Source: Octopus sinensis (taxonomy: Eukaryota). Taken from it: DNA of 64,000 nucleotides. Each line of letters starts with the position of its first letter. Position 1 is the stretch's first letter. Shown here piece by piece: positions 25,254-38,329 of this stretch. Location of the stretch: contig NC_043000.1 in the NCBI RefSeq assembly GCF_006345805.1, positions 41,602,001 to 41,666,000 of the forward strand. Direction: 5' to 3'. The position numbers and the translations under genes were made by a program. The notes beneath the pieces were generated by a model. That model was not told the DNA's origin and ran no database searches. It was given only the letters and a program-made list of their open reading frames with translations.

Positions 25254-25470
25254 TAAGGTGGCGAGTTGGCAGAATCGTTAGCACGCCAGACAAAATACTT
25301 AACGGCATTTCGTCTGTCGCTACGTTCTGAGTTCAAATTCTGTTGAGCTCGACTTTTCCTTTCAAGCTTTCATAGACGTTAAATTAAGTACCAGTCAAGT
25401 ACTGGGGACCAATGCAATTGATTTTCCTCTTTTCCAAAATTTCAGGCCTTGTGCCTATTGTAGAAGGTAT
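25254..25470 (+). mobile_element. SINE family A
   Basis: GGCGAGTTGGCAGAATCGTTAGCACGCC head, central domain and tail. Confidence 0.8.
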
Positions 25471-25532
25471 TATTATCATCATCATCATTATCATTATCAG
25501 TAGTGGTAGTAGTAGTATTAGTAATAATAGCC

Positions 25533-25569
<37 letters not shown>

Positions 25570-26124
25570 TAGTAGTAGTTGTTGTTGTAGTTGTAGATGT
25601 GGTTACTGTTCAATTGCTGTTGGCTATGGGTGTTGACGGTGCTGAACCTTGGTTGCAGAATGGAGATCATGGCAGAGAATAGTGGAAATGGCGGACATGC
25701 TATGTACTTAAGTCAGCTCTATGCGAGCACATATGCTATGGTCAAAGACGGTCCAGTTTCTGTAATCCTGTCTTTTTACGAGGCTCTAAAGGATTCTTAT
25801 CAAACATCTCCTTCAGTTTTCAAGGTAGTAATATTTTGATTAAAAGGTGATTTTGCTCCTATATCTAGCATGTCACTATTTAGTGGCTACTCTTGTGGCG
25901 CATGTATGACCGATATCGATTGTGAATTGATTTTGATGCTGAAAGGAATAGTGGCTGTAGAAGTATTATTGGAGATAATGACAGTGTTCTTACTGCTGTT
26001 GTTTAGTCACAGTTCATCCTTGATAGATCAGATCTATTTATGACCCTAGATTGAAGAAGTTCTAGTGACAACTATCACTTCTTATTTTCAGACAAAATTA
26101 GGGATATCAGGTTCAGATCTATTG

Positions 26125-26430
26125 CATGACACCTTGGCCACGTGTCTTCTATGTTGGCCCCGGGGTGACTAAGGACTTGTGAGTGAATTTGGTAGACGGA
26201 AACTGTGAAAACCTGGCCAACATATCTGTGTGTAATTGTGAGTATACGTGTTTGGTTGTGTAAGTCTATCAGTGCCTCTTAGTCTGGCTTTGTCCCGCCA
26301 CCATAGCTTGCCAAAAAATAGAATAAGTAATAGAATAAGTACCAAGCATTTAAATAATATGTTTGTTCGACTAAACCCTTGAAGCCGGTGCTCCAACATG
26401 TCTGCAGTCCAAAGACTGAAACAGTTATGA
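26125..26430 (+). mobile_element. SINE family B
   Basis: ACACCTTGGCCACGTGTCTTCT core, GGTAGACGGAAACTG and family tail. Confidence 0.75.
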
Positions 26431-26519
26431 GATGAAAGAAATGCAGTGTGCTCTTCCTTTTTCTAAAATCTAGGTTGTAAGCTGATTGAAGTTCTCGCAG
26501 TTTAAGCAATTCAACGGAG

Positions 26520-26795
26520 CAGTGGCTCTCAACCATGTTTTGCTCATGGAATCCTATTGAATCCTATTTTAATCGGGTGGACCCCCATAGCCATTATATT
26601 TTCATGATTATATATTATTAGGAATTGCATTTAAAACAATTGGTAATATATTTTGTGCATTGTAGAATCAAAAACAATTTATTGTACATATATTTTAAAT
26701 GAAAAATCTCATATGGACTCCCCAAGGATCATATATAGACCCCATAGGATCATATGGGCCCAAAGGGTCATATGGGCCCTGGTTGAGAATTTCTG
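26520..26795. mobile_element. hAT/Charlie-like MITE
   Basis: Imperfect TIRs CAGTGGCTCTCAACC / GGTTGAGAATTTCTG and subterminal CATATGG repeats; the 8-bp flanks match only partly (CAACGGAG / ACGTGGAG). Confidence 0.6.
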
Positions 26796-27749
26796 ACGTG
26801 GAGGGTATCGAGAGCTTAGTAGCTGTAGCGAGTCATATGTCAAAAACAAATACTCTAGCCGTAACTATCAACTTTTAGCTATTATTTGTAGCACAATCTT
26901 ATCCAGTTTATTATTTCATTCTATTAAACTTAATCCTTCGAAATTACGGTATGATTTGAAGAAGATTTTGCCACAATTTTCTGCACGTCAAGCAACTCCG
27001 AAGAGTAAAGACATAGGAGACCTTGCTCACAGGCATAAAATTTCCTGAGGTTGTTGGTTATTATTGCTGTTGCTAAGCGCAACATAAGTCAATCCCTGAA
27101 CGAAAAGCATTGTAGCCATGACTATCCCATCTTGTTTTCAGGTGAAATGTAGCTCGGGCTACCCTAATAAATGTACCATTTTTCCAGAGAGTATGATATA
27201 CTTGAGAGGGATTTCGATGCTTATTCTAGCAGATACAGTGACGATGTAGATATTCCTCAATGTTGTTATTCTTGTTCTTGCTCTTTAACCATAGGTCAAC
27301 CTTGATTCAGCTGTCCTGTGATCAATGACATTCCAACTTTTATTGATTCGTCATTTCTTTCGTTTGAACAGTTTCGGACGACATTATCCAGCATGTTCAT
27401 TTTTAAGGCGGTAGAATGCGATTTGAAGGAGATTCGGTTGTTATTTCTTGCAAATCACATGACCACCAAGACGCTCTCTGTTGTGAGTTGTTAATAATAG
27501 AGTGGAACTAACGGTTATAATCCTTTTAACTATAGGCACAAGACCTGAAATTTGGGGGCAGGTGCCTAGAGGATTATATCGATCCCAGCTCTCAACTGAT
27601 ATTTTGTTTTAGCGCACCCGGAAGGCCAAGTTGATGAAAGGCGAAGTCAACCTCGGCGATATTTGAACTTAGAACGTAGCGGTACTTAATAGTTCTGTTG
27701 TCAGCACTACCACCACCATCAGCAGCAGCAATATGTATATATATATATA

Positions 27750-28475
27750 TCTTTTACTGGTTTCAATCATTTGGTACCGCCTTGAAGGGTTTTAGTCGAA
27801 CAAATCGACTCCAGGACTTATTTTTCGTGCCTAGTACTTATTCTATCGGTGTCTTTTGCCGAACCGCTATATTACGGCAACATAAACATACCAGCGGTAT
27901 GTTGTTAAGCGGTGGTGAGGGACAAATACGGACACAAAGACACTCACCCACACAAATACTCACGCATATATATATATATTACACATGATATTTATAAACA
28001 AACTAGAAGGCTTTTAAGTAACGGAGAGTAAGCGACTGAGGAATTCTAGCAGTACAATAATAACTATAATAATCTAGCATCATCATAATATATATTCTCC
28101 GATTCAGAGCGACATTTATATATAAACAAATTGATTGAAAAATGATGAGCTAACCATGGCCACAATTGAACCCACATATCAACGCTTACATGGCTACACG
28201 CGCATCCGATTGGGCCAAACGCTCACCCATCAATTTCAGCTAAATTTTACGTAAATATATACTTAAAATGTCAAATACTACGTATAATATTTATAAACAA
28301 ACCACAAGGCTTTAATTATTTATATACGACAGACTTCTTCCAGTTTCCGTCTACCAAATCCACTCACAAGAATTTGGTCAGCCCGAGAAATTTGCCCAAA
28401 GTGTCACAGTGTGGGATTGAATATGGAACTATGTGGATGGGAAGCAAGCTTCTTAACACACAGCCTCGCCTGCGC
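27750..28475 (-). mobile_element. SINE family B split by an insertion in its internal microsatellite
   Basis: Tail at 27750-27965 and head at 28325-28475 in the same orientation, with unrelated sequence between. Confidence 0.65.
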
Positions 28476-28476
28476 C

Positions 28477-28509
<33 letters not shown>

Positions 28510-28526
28510 ATTGATATATATATAAT

Positions 28527-28597
<71 letters not shown>

Positions 28598-28689
28598 TAA
28601 TAAATAATATATGCATACATGCAAACAAATATGTACGTACCGACATCTACATGTATATATACATGCATATAATATTATATACGTACAGG

Positions 28690-28960
28690 ACATCACAAGA
28701 AGACGAAAAAATCAACAGAACGAAAACGGAGAAGACATTTTGTTACAACAGAAGGACAGAGACGTGGAACAAGACGAAACGAAAACGAAAACGAGAAAAA
28801 ACAATTTTGTGTAGCAGAAAACGAAGTACAGGACATGCTACAAAAGGAAAAATCCCCTTCATCAGCTGTCGCTAGCAGACACGGTGTTTCGAAGGCAGAG
28901 ACAGAACACGTAAGGTCAAGCTAGGCCTTCCTATGAGAGAATTAAAATAAAATAAACTCG
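28690..28960 (-). mobile_element. PLE-like terminal repeat
   Basis: Homologous to 6890-7075, contains CTGATGA and lies between (TA)n tracts. Confidence 0.45.
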
Positions 28961-29012
28961 TAGAGGGGTAAACGAGCAAGAAAAAATGTATATATATATA
29001 TATATATATATG

Positions 29013-30288
29013 AAGAGTGTGTAAGGTATTTGAGGACTAATTTATGTTTATAAAAATAATAGATATATAATCACAGCTGATAACTTTATTTATCAAAACC
29101 TGCTATGAGGATAAAAATAAACCCTCTTTTCTATAATATTATTCAATAAAGCCTCCTTCAGCTTCAACAACTGCTTCTATTTGAGATCTAAATCATCAAC
29201 ATCCACGAATCAATTGGTTCTGGTTCATTTTGGATATTACTCTAACTATGGCAGCTTTTAAAGAATCTTTGGTGTTATGGGTGTGTTCATTGACCTTTCT
29301 CTCTCTCTCAATAATGCTCCACATTTAATAGTCCAATGGATTGAGATCTGGGTAATTAAAAGGCAAATGTTAGGGGTTATGTGATCATGAAAATATTCAG
29401 CCATCCATTCCTGTCTTACTAGAGCCATGTGTGATAGTGCAGAGTCTTAGTGAAATACATATGGCCTTCCATTTCATACACTATCTATCCAGGGCTTAAC
29501 AATTATTTCCAGGACCTCAATGTAGGCGGCCGAGTTAACTCTAAGACCTTCTGGAAAGAAGTAAGGAAGCATCACATATCCTTCATTGCCGACAGCTCCT
29601 AAAACCATGACAGTTGCAGGAAATTTTGTATGTATAACATTTGGAACTTCAGAAGGGTCTGCACATAATCATCTGTCATATCTTCTGTTAACTTTTTGAT
29701 CTTAGTGGAAATTTTTCTCGTTTGAGAAAAACCAATCAGATCTTCTTTTTCTGGAATTTTCAGATAGTTTAAGAGTCTTTTACATCTGATGTAGAGATTT
29801 TCTTTTGCCTTTACTGACAAATTGACAAATTGACATTTCCTCAATGTATAAGATTTATATTTAATGCCTTCGTGGACAACGTTTCTGACTGTTCGTTTTC
29901 ACACATGGAGATCTTTTGCAATTGACCTCATAGACTTTCAGGGATAGTAATCAATGGTCTGTTGAACTTGCTGGATAAGTTCAGGAGTTCTGATGATTTC
30001 AGAGCGTTTAGAATACGTTTTAGGCTTTGAAACTGGTGATACGTTTCCATCTTCAGTCTCTAGCTCCTTACAGTTTTTGTAGACGAAAGATCTGGCAACT
30101 TTTAAAAATCGAGATATTTCTAAATAGTTGTGCTCTGCTTTTGTAAACACAATAACAGCATGCCTCTTCATTTCTTGAATAAGCTGAGGGTCTACAATTA
30201 ATATTTTCTTAAACAAAGATTATACAGTTAGCGAAGAATACAGCAATGACCCCAAACATGCATGTCCTCAAATACCTTACGCAGCCTG
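29013..30288 (-). mobile_element. Full-length Tc1/mariner, DD37D (maT-type), decayed transposase
   Basis: TIR core GTAAGGTATTTGAGGAC at both ends, with TA at 30289. Peptides MKRHAVIV..EISRFLKVARSFVYK and VLGAVGNEGYVMLPYFFPEGLRVNSAAYIEVL, and C-terminal IEAVVEAEGGFIE. The DD37D spacing is inferred from family resemblance, not counted. Confidence 0.85.
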
Positions 30289-30300
30289 TATATACAAACA

Positions 30301-30339
<39 letters not shown>

Positions 30340-31506
30340 AATATAAAATATATAATATATACACACACATATATACATATGCATATGTGTGTATATATAT
30401 ATATACATACACACACATACACACATGCGAAAAAGTTGAGATGGTCACGACTGAAATGCTTTGATCGTGGGTCTTCTCAATTAAACCTGACCTGTGTATG
30501 AAATAACAGCCACAACAATTACTAGACCCAACAGCAATACAGCACATGCTAACAGCAATATCTATAACCGCTGCCACAGTTACTACCACTGCTAACAATA
30601 ACAGTAGTAACAACATCAAAAATAAATATCACCATCACCATCATCGACATCATTTCAATCATCCCTTATCACACTAGACTAGAGCAGACTTGTCAAAGAG
30701 AGATGAAACCAAACTAGCCAAAGGCCAACCCCATTGTACATTACAATACAATACCTCAAACACACACTTAAGCCAACTGCTACACGTTTTAAACTCCATC
30801 TCTCTTTCATTTTGTTTTTATTTTTATTTTATTAATTTTTTTTTATATCTATTTTCATCGTTTTTGCTTTTCTTCACATCTTTTCCCCCCTTAAATAACA
30901 ACACAGAGATGTTATCACAATTGTATTGTTAATGGCCGAAATTCAGCTTGGTCAATACACACACGCAGACAAAAGGGAAAGAGTTTGGTTGACAGCTTTG
31001 TGATACCGACACATCACACAGACAATTGAAAATCACAAAGCGAGAAAAGCCTCTATAAGTAAAAAAGAAAAAGTGGGGTAGGTGGTATGTAGTAAATCTT
31101 TGTCTCTACCTGAAAGGCTACGAATTTCAAATTTGCGATTGAAAGGCCAAGATGTTTTTTTTCTTTTCTTTTTAATGTTGAACCTGAAAAATAAATTCTC
31201 AGTGACAGGAAAGGGGACGTGGTGAGTTGCGACAAAGTGGGGGCGGATTCACGATTCAGGGTTTGGGTGTTCGAGGGATGTAAATGTTTTGGCTCCTCAA
31301 ACATGTTGACCGTTCAGTCATTCATTCGGTCATTGAATTGTTGGTTCACAGCCATTATTCGAATGGTGTGAGGGTGGTAACGATAATTAAACGTAGAGAC
31401 AAACGAACACGTGCAAGCACATGCTTACACACGTACACGTGCAAACGAATATGCGTGTATATATATAGATATATATATTATATATATATATATATATCTA
31501 TATATA

Positions 31507-31538
<32 letters not shown>

Positions 31539-31810
31539 GTATGTATATATATATATATATATATTATATATTATATGTATGTATATATATATATATATAT
31601 GTGTGTGTTTGTGTGTGTTTGTGTGTGTGTGTATGTATATATATATATGTAGATAATACAAATATATATATATCATATATATATATATGTGTGTATATAT
31701 AATATATATATATTATATATAATATATAATATATAATATGCATGTACAATATACATATTATATGTATATTTATATATATATTGTACATATAGACACACAC
31801 ACATATATGT

Positions 31811-32330
31811 GGAGGCGCAATGGCCCAGTGGTTAGGACAGCGGACTCGCGGTCGTAGGATAGCGGTTTCGATTCCCAGACCGGGTATTGTGAGTATTTAT
31901 TGAGCGAAAACATCTAAAGCTCCACGAGGCTCCGGCAGGGGGCGGGGTGAACCCTGCTGTACTCTTTCACCACAACTTTCTCTCACTCTTTCTTCCTGTT
32001 TCTGTTGTACCTGTATTTCGAAGGGCCAGCCTTGTCACGCTGAATCTCCCTGAGAACTACGTTAAGGGTACACGTGTCTGTGGAGTGCTCAGCCACTTGC
32101 ACGTTAATAAATGAGCTACGACGTGACTGGTGCCAAGCTGAAACGGCCTTTGCCTTTCCCTTGGATAACATTGGTGGCGTTGAGAGGGGAGGCTGGTATG
32201 CGTGGGCGACTGCTGGTCTTCCATAAACAACCTTGCCCAGACTTGTGCCTCGAAGGGTAACTTTGTAGGTGCAATCCCATGTTTATTCATGACTGAAGAG
32301 GGTCACAACAACAATATGTACATATATGTG
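31811..32330 (+). mobile_element. SINE family C with composite 3' part
   Basis: GGAGGCGCAATGGCCCAGTGG A box, GGTTTCGATTCCC B box and family body. Confidence 0.8.
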
Positions 32331-32589
32331 TGTGTGTTTGTGTGTGTATGTGTGTGTATACATACATACAAATACAGGATTGGCCCAAAGTCAACTAACA
32401 GTAAATCAAAACCACTTAATTCCAAGATTAAAACAAAAAATATTTTATATGAGACTTCGCTAATAAATAGAAAAATCTTGAAAAAAGAAAAAAACGGTGA
32501 TTTTAACTCACAGCATTCAATTATTAAATGTTCATAATTGGAATGAATAAATAAAATTGTATATTAAATGTGTATAGAATTTTCATATA

Positions 32590-32652
32590 CTGTCGGGTGT
32601 CTTTTGGCCAACCCTTGTGAGCGGATTTGGTACCGGAAACTGAAACAAGGCC

Positions 32653-32725
<73 letters not shown>

Positions 32726-32990
32726 GTGTGTGTGTGTGTGTGTGTGAATATATCTGTGTGCGTGTGTGTCTTTGTGTTTGTCCTCCTCACCACCATCGCT
32801 TAAGAAGTCATGTTGAGTGCTTACACCCCCGAAACCTAGCGGTTCGGCAAACAAGACTCATAGAATAAGTACTATGCTTTCAAAGAATAAGTCCCGGGGT
32901 CGATTGCTTCGACTAAAGACACTTTTAAGCAGTTCTCCACCATGGCTGCAGTCAAATGACTGAAACAAGTAAAGGAATAAAAGAATATAT
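32590..32990 (+). mobile_element. 5'-truncated SINE family B with long internal (TA)n(GT)n
   Basis: CCTTGTGAGCGGATTTGGTA..GGAAACTGAA, then microsatellite, then tail. Confidence 0.8.
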
Positions 32991-33627
32991 ATATACGCAC
33001 ACACATACATACATACATACATACACAAACACATACATACATACATACATACATACACACACACATACATACACACACACATACATACATACACACACAC
33101 ATATATATATATACACATACATATATTAACTTTTTTCGCGTTAGTCTGGGTTTTCCCATATTTGCTATTCCTAACAAGGATATTGCACACGACCGCGATA
33201 TGAAAGGTTGTGTGACATGAATTTGTCGACAACACCGATCTCAGCTATCTTTCTAAGAAATATAAACATACATACATGCATACACATATATATATGTGTG
33301 TGTGTGCGTGTGTGCGTGTATGCATGTATGTATCTTAATTTGTTTACGGGAAACAACTCACTCAACCTTCATACAAGTCAAAGGGGTAAGCATCCTTCTG
33401 TTGTACATCCATTAATGATATATCACCTGAAGAAATGAATCCATGAAGATGATCAAACCGATGCCCACGTATACTACAGACTAAATTGTAATTGTCCCAG
33501 GAATAGAGATTGTGGTCTTAAGAGACATGTGATTTGTGAAAACGCGCGTAGCGATATGTTAAACTTTTATAAATTCCATTTAAGTACTATTGTCTTTACT
33601 TTTATATAAATGGGGGGGGGGATGTGC

Positions 33628-33668
<41 letters not shown>

Positions 33669-34060
33669 CAAGGGTTGGACAAAATAAAAGAAACACCTAT
33701 CATCATATCACAGCATCATAATTTTGAAATATCTATGAAACCGTCGAAAGCTTGTTTATTTTTATGTTATTTTTATTTATTATTAATTTTGCTTGATATA
33801 TTTTAATAAAATCGCTGTTTCTTTTCAGATATCATCAGAAAACGGTAACTAAAATTCATTAAAATGACAGATCTATCGGACTTTCAAAGAGGCCAAATTG
33901 TTGGTGCTCGTATGGCAGGCGCTAGTGTAATGAAAACAGATGAAATATTTGGTGTATCAAGAAGTACTGTCTCGAAAGTAATGACAGCCTTTGAGAAAGA
34001 AGGAAAAACCTCCTCGTCGAAACAAAGCTCCGGAAGAAAACTAAAACTAAAGATAAGGAC
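33669..34060 (+). mobile_element. Tc1 5' fragment (TIR plus HTH domain)
   Basis: TA|CAAGGGTTGGACAAAATAA; MTDLSDFQRGQIVGARMAGASVMKTDEIFGVSRSTVSKVM..SGRKLKL; truncated by (TA)n. Confidence 0.85.
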
Positions 34061-34093
34061 CGTAATATATATATATATATGTATATTATATAA

Positions 34094-34130
<37 letters not shown>

Positions 34131-34222
34131 ATATATATATATATATAAATATATATATAATATATGTATATATTTGTATATATTTGTACTTATGTATGTA
34201 TGCATACATATACACACACACA

Positions 34223-34259
<37 letters not shown>

Positions 34260-34264
<5 letters not shown>

Positions 34265-34480
34265 TATCAAACATGAAGCACAAAAAAACACAACAACGCG
34301 AGGACGTGAACAACAAATATAGTATTATTATATAGTATAGCTCAGGAAGGAAGGAAAGAAGGAGGGTTTAACTTTTCTAGCGGAGCTCTTCGTCGGAAAC
34401 ATAGGAGAAGGAAAGATCCAGAGAAGGGAAGACAGAGGAAAAAAATTGCCAACGGTACACACGCGGTCACATTTTGAACC
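34260..34480 (-). mobile_element. PLE-like terminal repeat with degenerate hammerhead (34366-34400)
   Basis: Minus strand GTTT-CCGACGA-A-GAGC-TCC-GCTA-GAAA-AG-TT-AAAC. The 3' part is homologous to 49700-49785. Confidence 0.55.
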
Positions 34481-35861
34481 GTTTATGACTGTTACATGAA
34501 CGATAATGTTTTGAACACCTCAGCTGTTCGATCGCAGTTGATTCTACTGAGTCTATCCATCTTTTGCCAGAGTGTTGTTTTTTGACCTGCTGAGTGCCCA
34601 ACGGAAACCTACCACCTTACCAAGCCTGCTTGGTATGGTTGATGGTTTAGTTGGCCAGAGCTTGTGACTGATTGTACTAGGTTACATGTTACTAGTAGCA
34701 CTAACAGTGATCTGAAAACGAACATACATACGTACGTACCTGTAATTATTGGGGTACTGGGATATATAACACACCGCATAAATTCCAATCTTGAGAATTT
34801 AGGCTTCTCAAATCCAGAAAAGAAGAAAGCTGATTCGAAGACTACAGACCCAAGCCATCACTGGAACTGTAAAAATCTGTAAAACTTTCCAAAAGTTTAT
34901 CATTTAAGTAAATGTGAGTAGGTCTTGATATGCAAGCATATTCATGAAAATGCATACATAAAACAAAACATACAAATCTGCACATAGACATGCATGCGTA
35001 CACACACAAATCATGTTGTTGATATTGAAATTCCAATGGAGGAGCCTTGGATGTAGGTTAGAAACTGGCTCTTTCTCTATTGACAAAAGATCTTCAAATA
35101 AAACTGATAATGACATACATACACACACACATACATACATACATACATACATACATACATACATACATACATACATACATACATACATACATACATACGT
35201 GCATGCATGCGTGTATGCATGCATACATGTATGTATATATATTTAGAAACGAAATAATCTCACACATAACTTATGATTATTTGTTACACCCCTTTCAATA
35301 AATAGTCTAAAAAAACATCAATATGTAAGTGCATGCGTTGCCTATGGTCGCGGGCGTGAGTTTACTTCCCAATAACAGTTCTGGGTTAAGTTCCACTGCG
35401 TGATACTTTGGTCAATTGTCTTTTGCTATAACCCAAACCGACCAAAGCTTTGTGAGTGGATTTAGTAGACTGAAAGTGAAAGAAGCCCGTTATATATGTG
35501 TATGTTTATATGTATTAGTATGTATGTGTGCGTGTGTGTGTGTGGGGGGGGTGTATTTGGATGGAAGGAAAGTTGTGTCATTGATTTCAACGATACGAGT
35601 AGAAGAGAGAAAGACGAAAATAGACGCGAGCACTACATATAAATACTAGCACTCTGACGTAGTGGGCAGTTCATAGTTTGGTCTTCGAAGTCAATGTACA
35701 GTTTACAGTTCGAGTTAGTATGTTGGAAATATTGATTGCAGATTCGTAAAAAATTTTTGGTTGTTATATTGCCGTTGTTTCTATTTTGTATTGTTATAAC
35801 ACTGTTACAGTGTATTCTTTATCTATCGTCAACAATACTACAATATTGATTTCATTATTGC

Positions 35862-36258
35862 CCACAGGGGGATAAACATAACGGGAGACAAACAAGGACA
35901 GACAAAGGGAATAATTCGTACTCCAGTGCGTAACTGGTACTTATTCAATCGACCCGGAAAGAATGAAAGGCAAAGTCGACCTCAGTCGAATTTGGACTCA
36001 GAACGTAACGGCAGATGGAATACCTATTTCTTTACTACCCACAAGGGGCTAAACACAGAGAGGACAAACAAGGACAGACAATTGGATTAAATCGATTACA
36101 TCTACCCCAGTGTGTAACTGGTACTTATTTAATCGACCCCGAAAGGATGAAAGGCAAAGTCGACCTCGCGGGAATTTGAACTCAGAACGTAATGGCAGAC
36201 GGAATACCACTGAGCATTTCACCCGGGGTACTAATGATTCTGCTAGCTCCCCGCCCTA
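35862..36258 (-). mobile_element. SINE family A dimer
   Basis: GAAAGGCAAAGTCGACCTC and GGACAAACAAGGACAGACA each occur twice, head to tail. Confidence 0.85.
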
Positions 36259-36698
36259 ACAATACTACAATATTGGAGGCTTAAGGATATAACACTGCTA
36301 AACACGAATTTTAAGCTTAGATTACTGAAATTATCTTTACCATTAAAAAACAAATTTCCTTCTAGTGCTTTTTCAAATCTAAAAGATTATGACGACCTCA
36401 CCAACAAACTTTGCCTTTGACAATGCTCCTCCCGAACAGTCACTAACACTCATGATACAAACTGTATTAAGGGAGTCGATTATCTTGAGTGCAACTGTAT
36501 TCAAAGAACGTGAGACAAAATTGATTTCAAATCGAGGTCAGACATTGCTATTGTTCTTATTGTTGGAGGTGATAGTGACTCTTTTGCTAGTGGTGACGTC
36601 GAAGGCATAAATCCAAATTATGTTAGTTTTGGGTTTTGTCTTTACCCTTCTTTTATTTAATTCTAGTCTATTTGATACGTTACACGTTATTTGACGTC

Positions 36699-36819
<121 letters not shown>

Positions 36820-36951
36820 TTTCGTACTCGTTAAAATCCTACACCGAATCACACCGAACAGTGGATAGCCACAGGCTTTAGATATGTTTCATTAAGTCTT
36901 TTGCAAACACTAAATAATAAAATGTCTGAGAGTACATATAAATATATATAT

Positions 36952-37004
<53 letters not shown>

Positions 37005-37105
37005 TATATGCACATACATCTACACAGGTACTTGTGAGTATATATATATATATTATATATATATTATATATATATATACTTATACATATACATATATTTG
37101 TAAAT

Positions 37106-37137
<32 letters not shown>

Positions 37138-38329
37138 GCTTTTTTGTTTTACATAATTTATACGTACATACACATACATGCACACATATATACGTGTGGG
37201 CATACATGGTGTGGTTGTGGCTGTTTGTTGTATCTGTGTGTGAAGATAAATAGCAATGAATAGAAGTCACTTAAGTATTGCTTTAATAGATTCTTTGACG
37301 TTTCTCGGTTTGTCAATGATTTAACGCTTGATCCCTTGCCTAGCGAGCAAGGATTAATTCGTCAATCTCTCTCTTTCGATCAACATTTCTTTTTCACTTT
37401 CTATTTTTTATTTTTCTCTCTTTGTGATTCTATTTCGTTTTCTCTTTTTCTTTGTCTCTCTTATTGCTCTCTTTTCTTTTGCTCATTCTCTATATTTATT
37501 CTGCACTTTCTCTCGTTTTCTCCTCTCTTTCTGTTATCTCTCTTTACCTTTCTATCTTTTACTCATTCTCACTCTGTAGACAGGGGAGATAATCACTTCT
37601 AAGTCTAACGATAAAATCGAACAATCGGGTATTTATAACATATTTCTATTTACATATTAATATAATTATTTATTTATATATTATGAGCAATGTGGGAGAG
37701 AAAGAGAGGAAGAGGAGAGACAGAGAGAAAGAAAGAGTGAACTAGGCAGACAGACAAATAAACAGTGGCTTAAGAGAGAAAGAGGAGAAAGTATGAAATA
37801 TAAGTAGTAGGTGGAAAACAAGGTGAAAGAAATTCGGTAGATTGGTACTGTGGTGGTAGTGGTGGTGGTGGTGGGTTGCACGGGGTCAGGTGAGTGTTTG
37901 ATGATAGGGTAGAGGATATCGAACCAAACTAACTGACAGACATGCATATGAGTCCAATCAAATATATATAAAATAAAGAAACTACCTTTCCCCATACATT
38001 ATCACGACACATCGCCACCAGCTACTCCGTCATGTAACAACAAGATAAGAAAATAAATACATAAGTAAGCATAAATAAAACAATAAATGTAACATTAGTA
38101 ATATACTATATAGTTGTTAATGGAATATATTTGTTCACCCTCGATGCCAGTAGTATACATTGATCTATTCACAAGCAAGCACATATTAATAATTGTTCCA
38201 ATGATTATACTTAGTAGTAATAGAGACAAAAACAAAGAATTAAAATAAAAACATAAAATAAAGATAAAAATATATAATGAATAATAAAGGAATGATTATT
38301 GTCATTACTGGTAGTAGTAATATTATCAT

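Noticed and set aside
28828-28869. Possible hammerhead ACAG-CTGATGA-AGGGGA..TTCCTT-TTGTAG-CATG-TC-CTGT (minus strand)
   Set aside because: GAAA is absent, and the paralog near 6930-6975 lacks both GAAA and the palindrome, so the 3' half is unsupported. A permuted fold using the upstream GAAA pairs poorly.
31110-31183. Minus-strand 74-nt exon candidate
   Set aside because: The donor GTAGAG is weak, the body is mostly an A tract, and two frames are open with no recognisable product.
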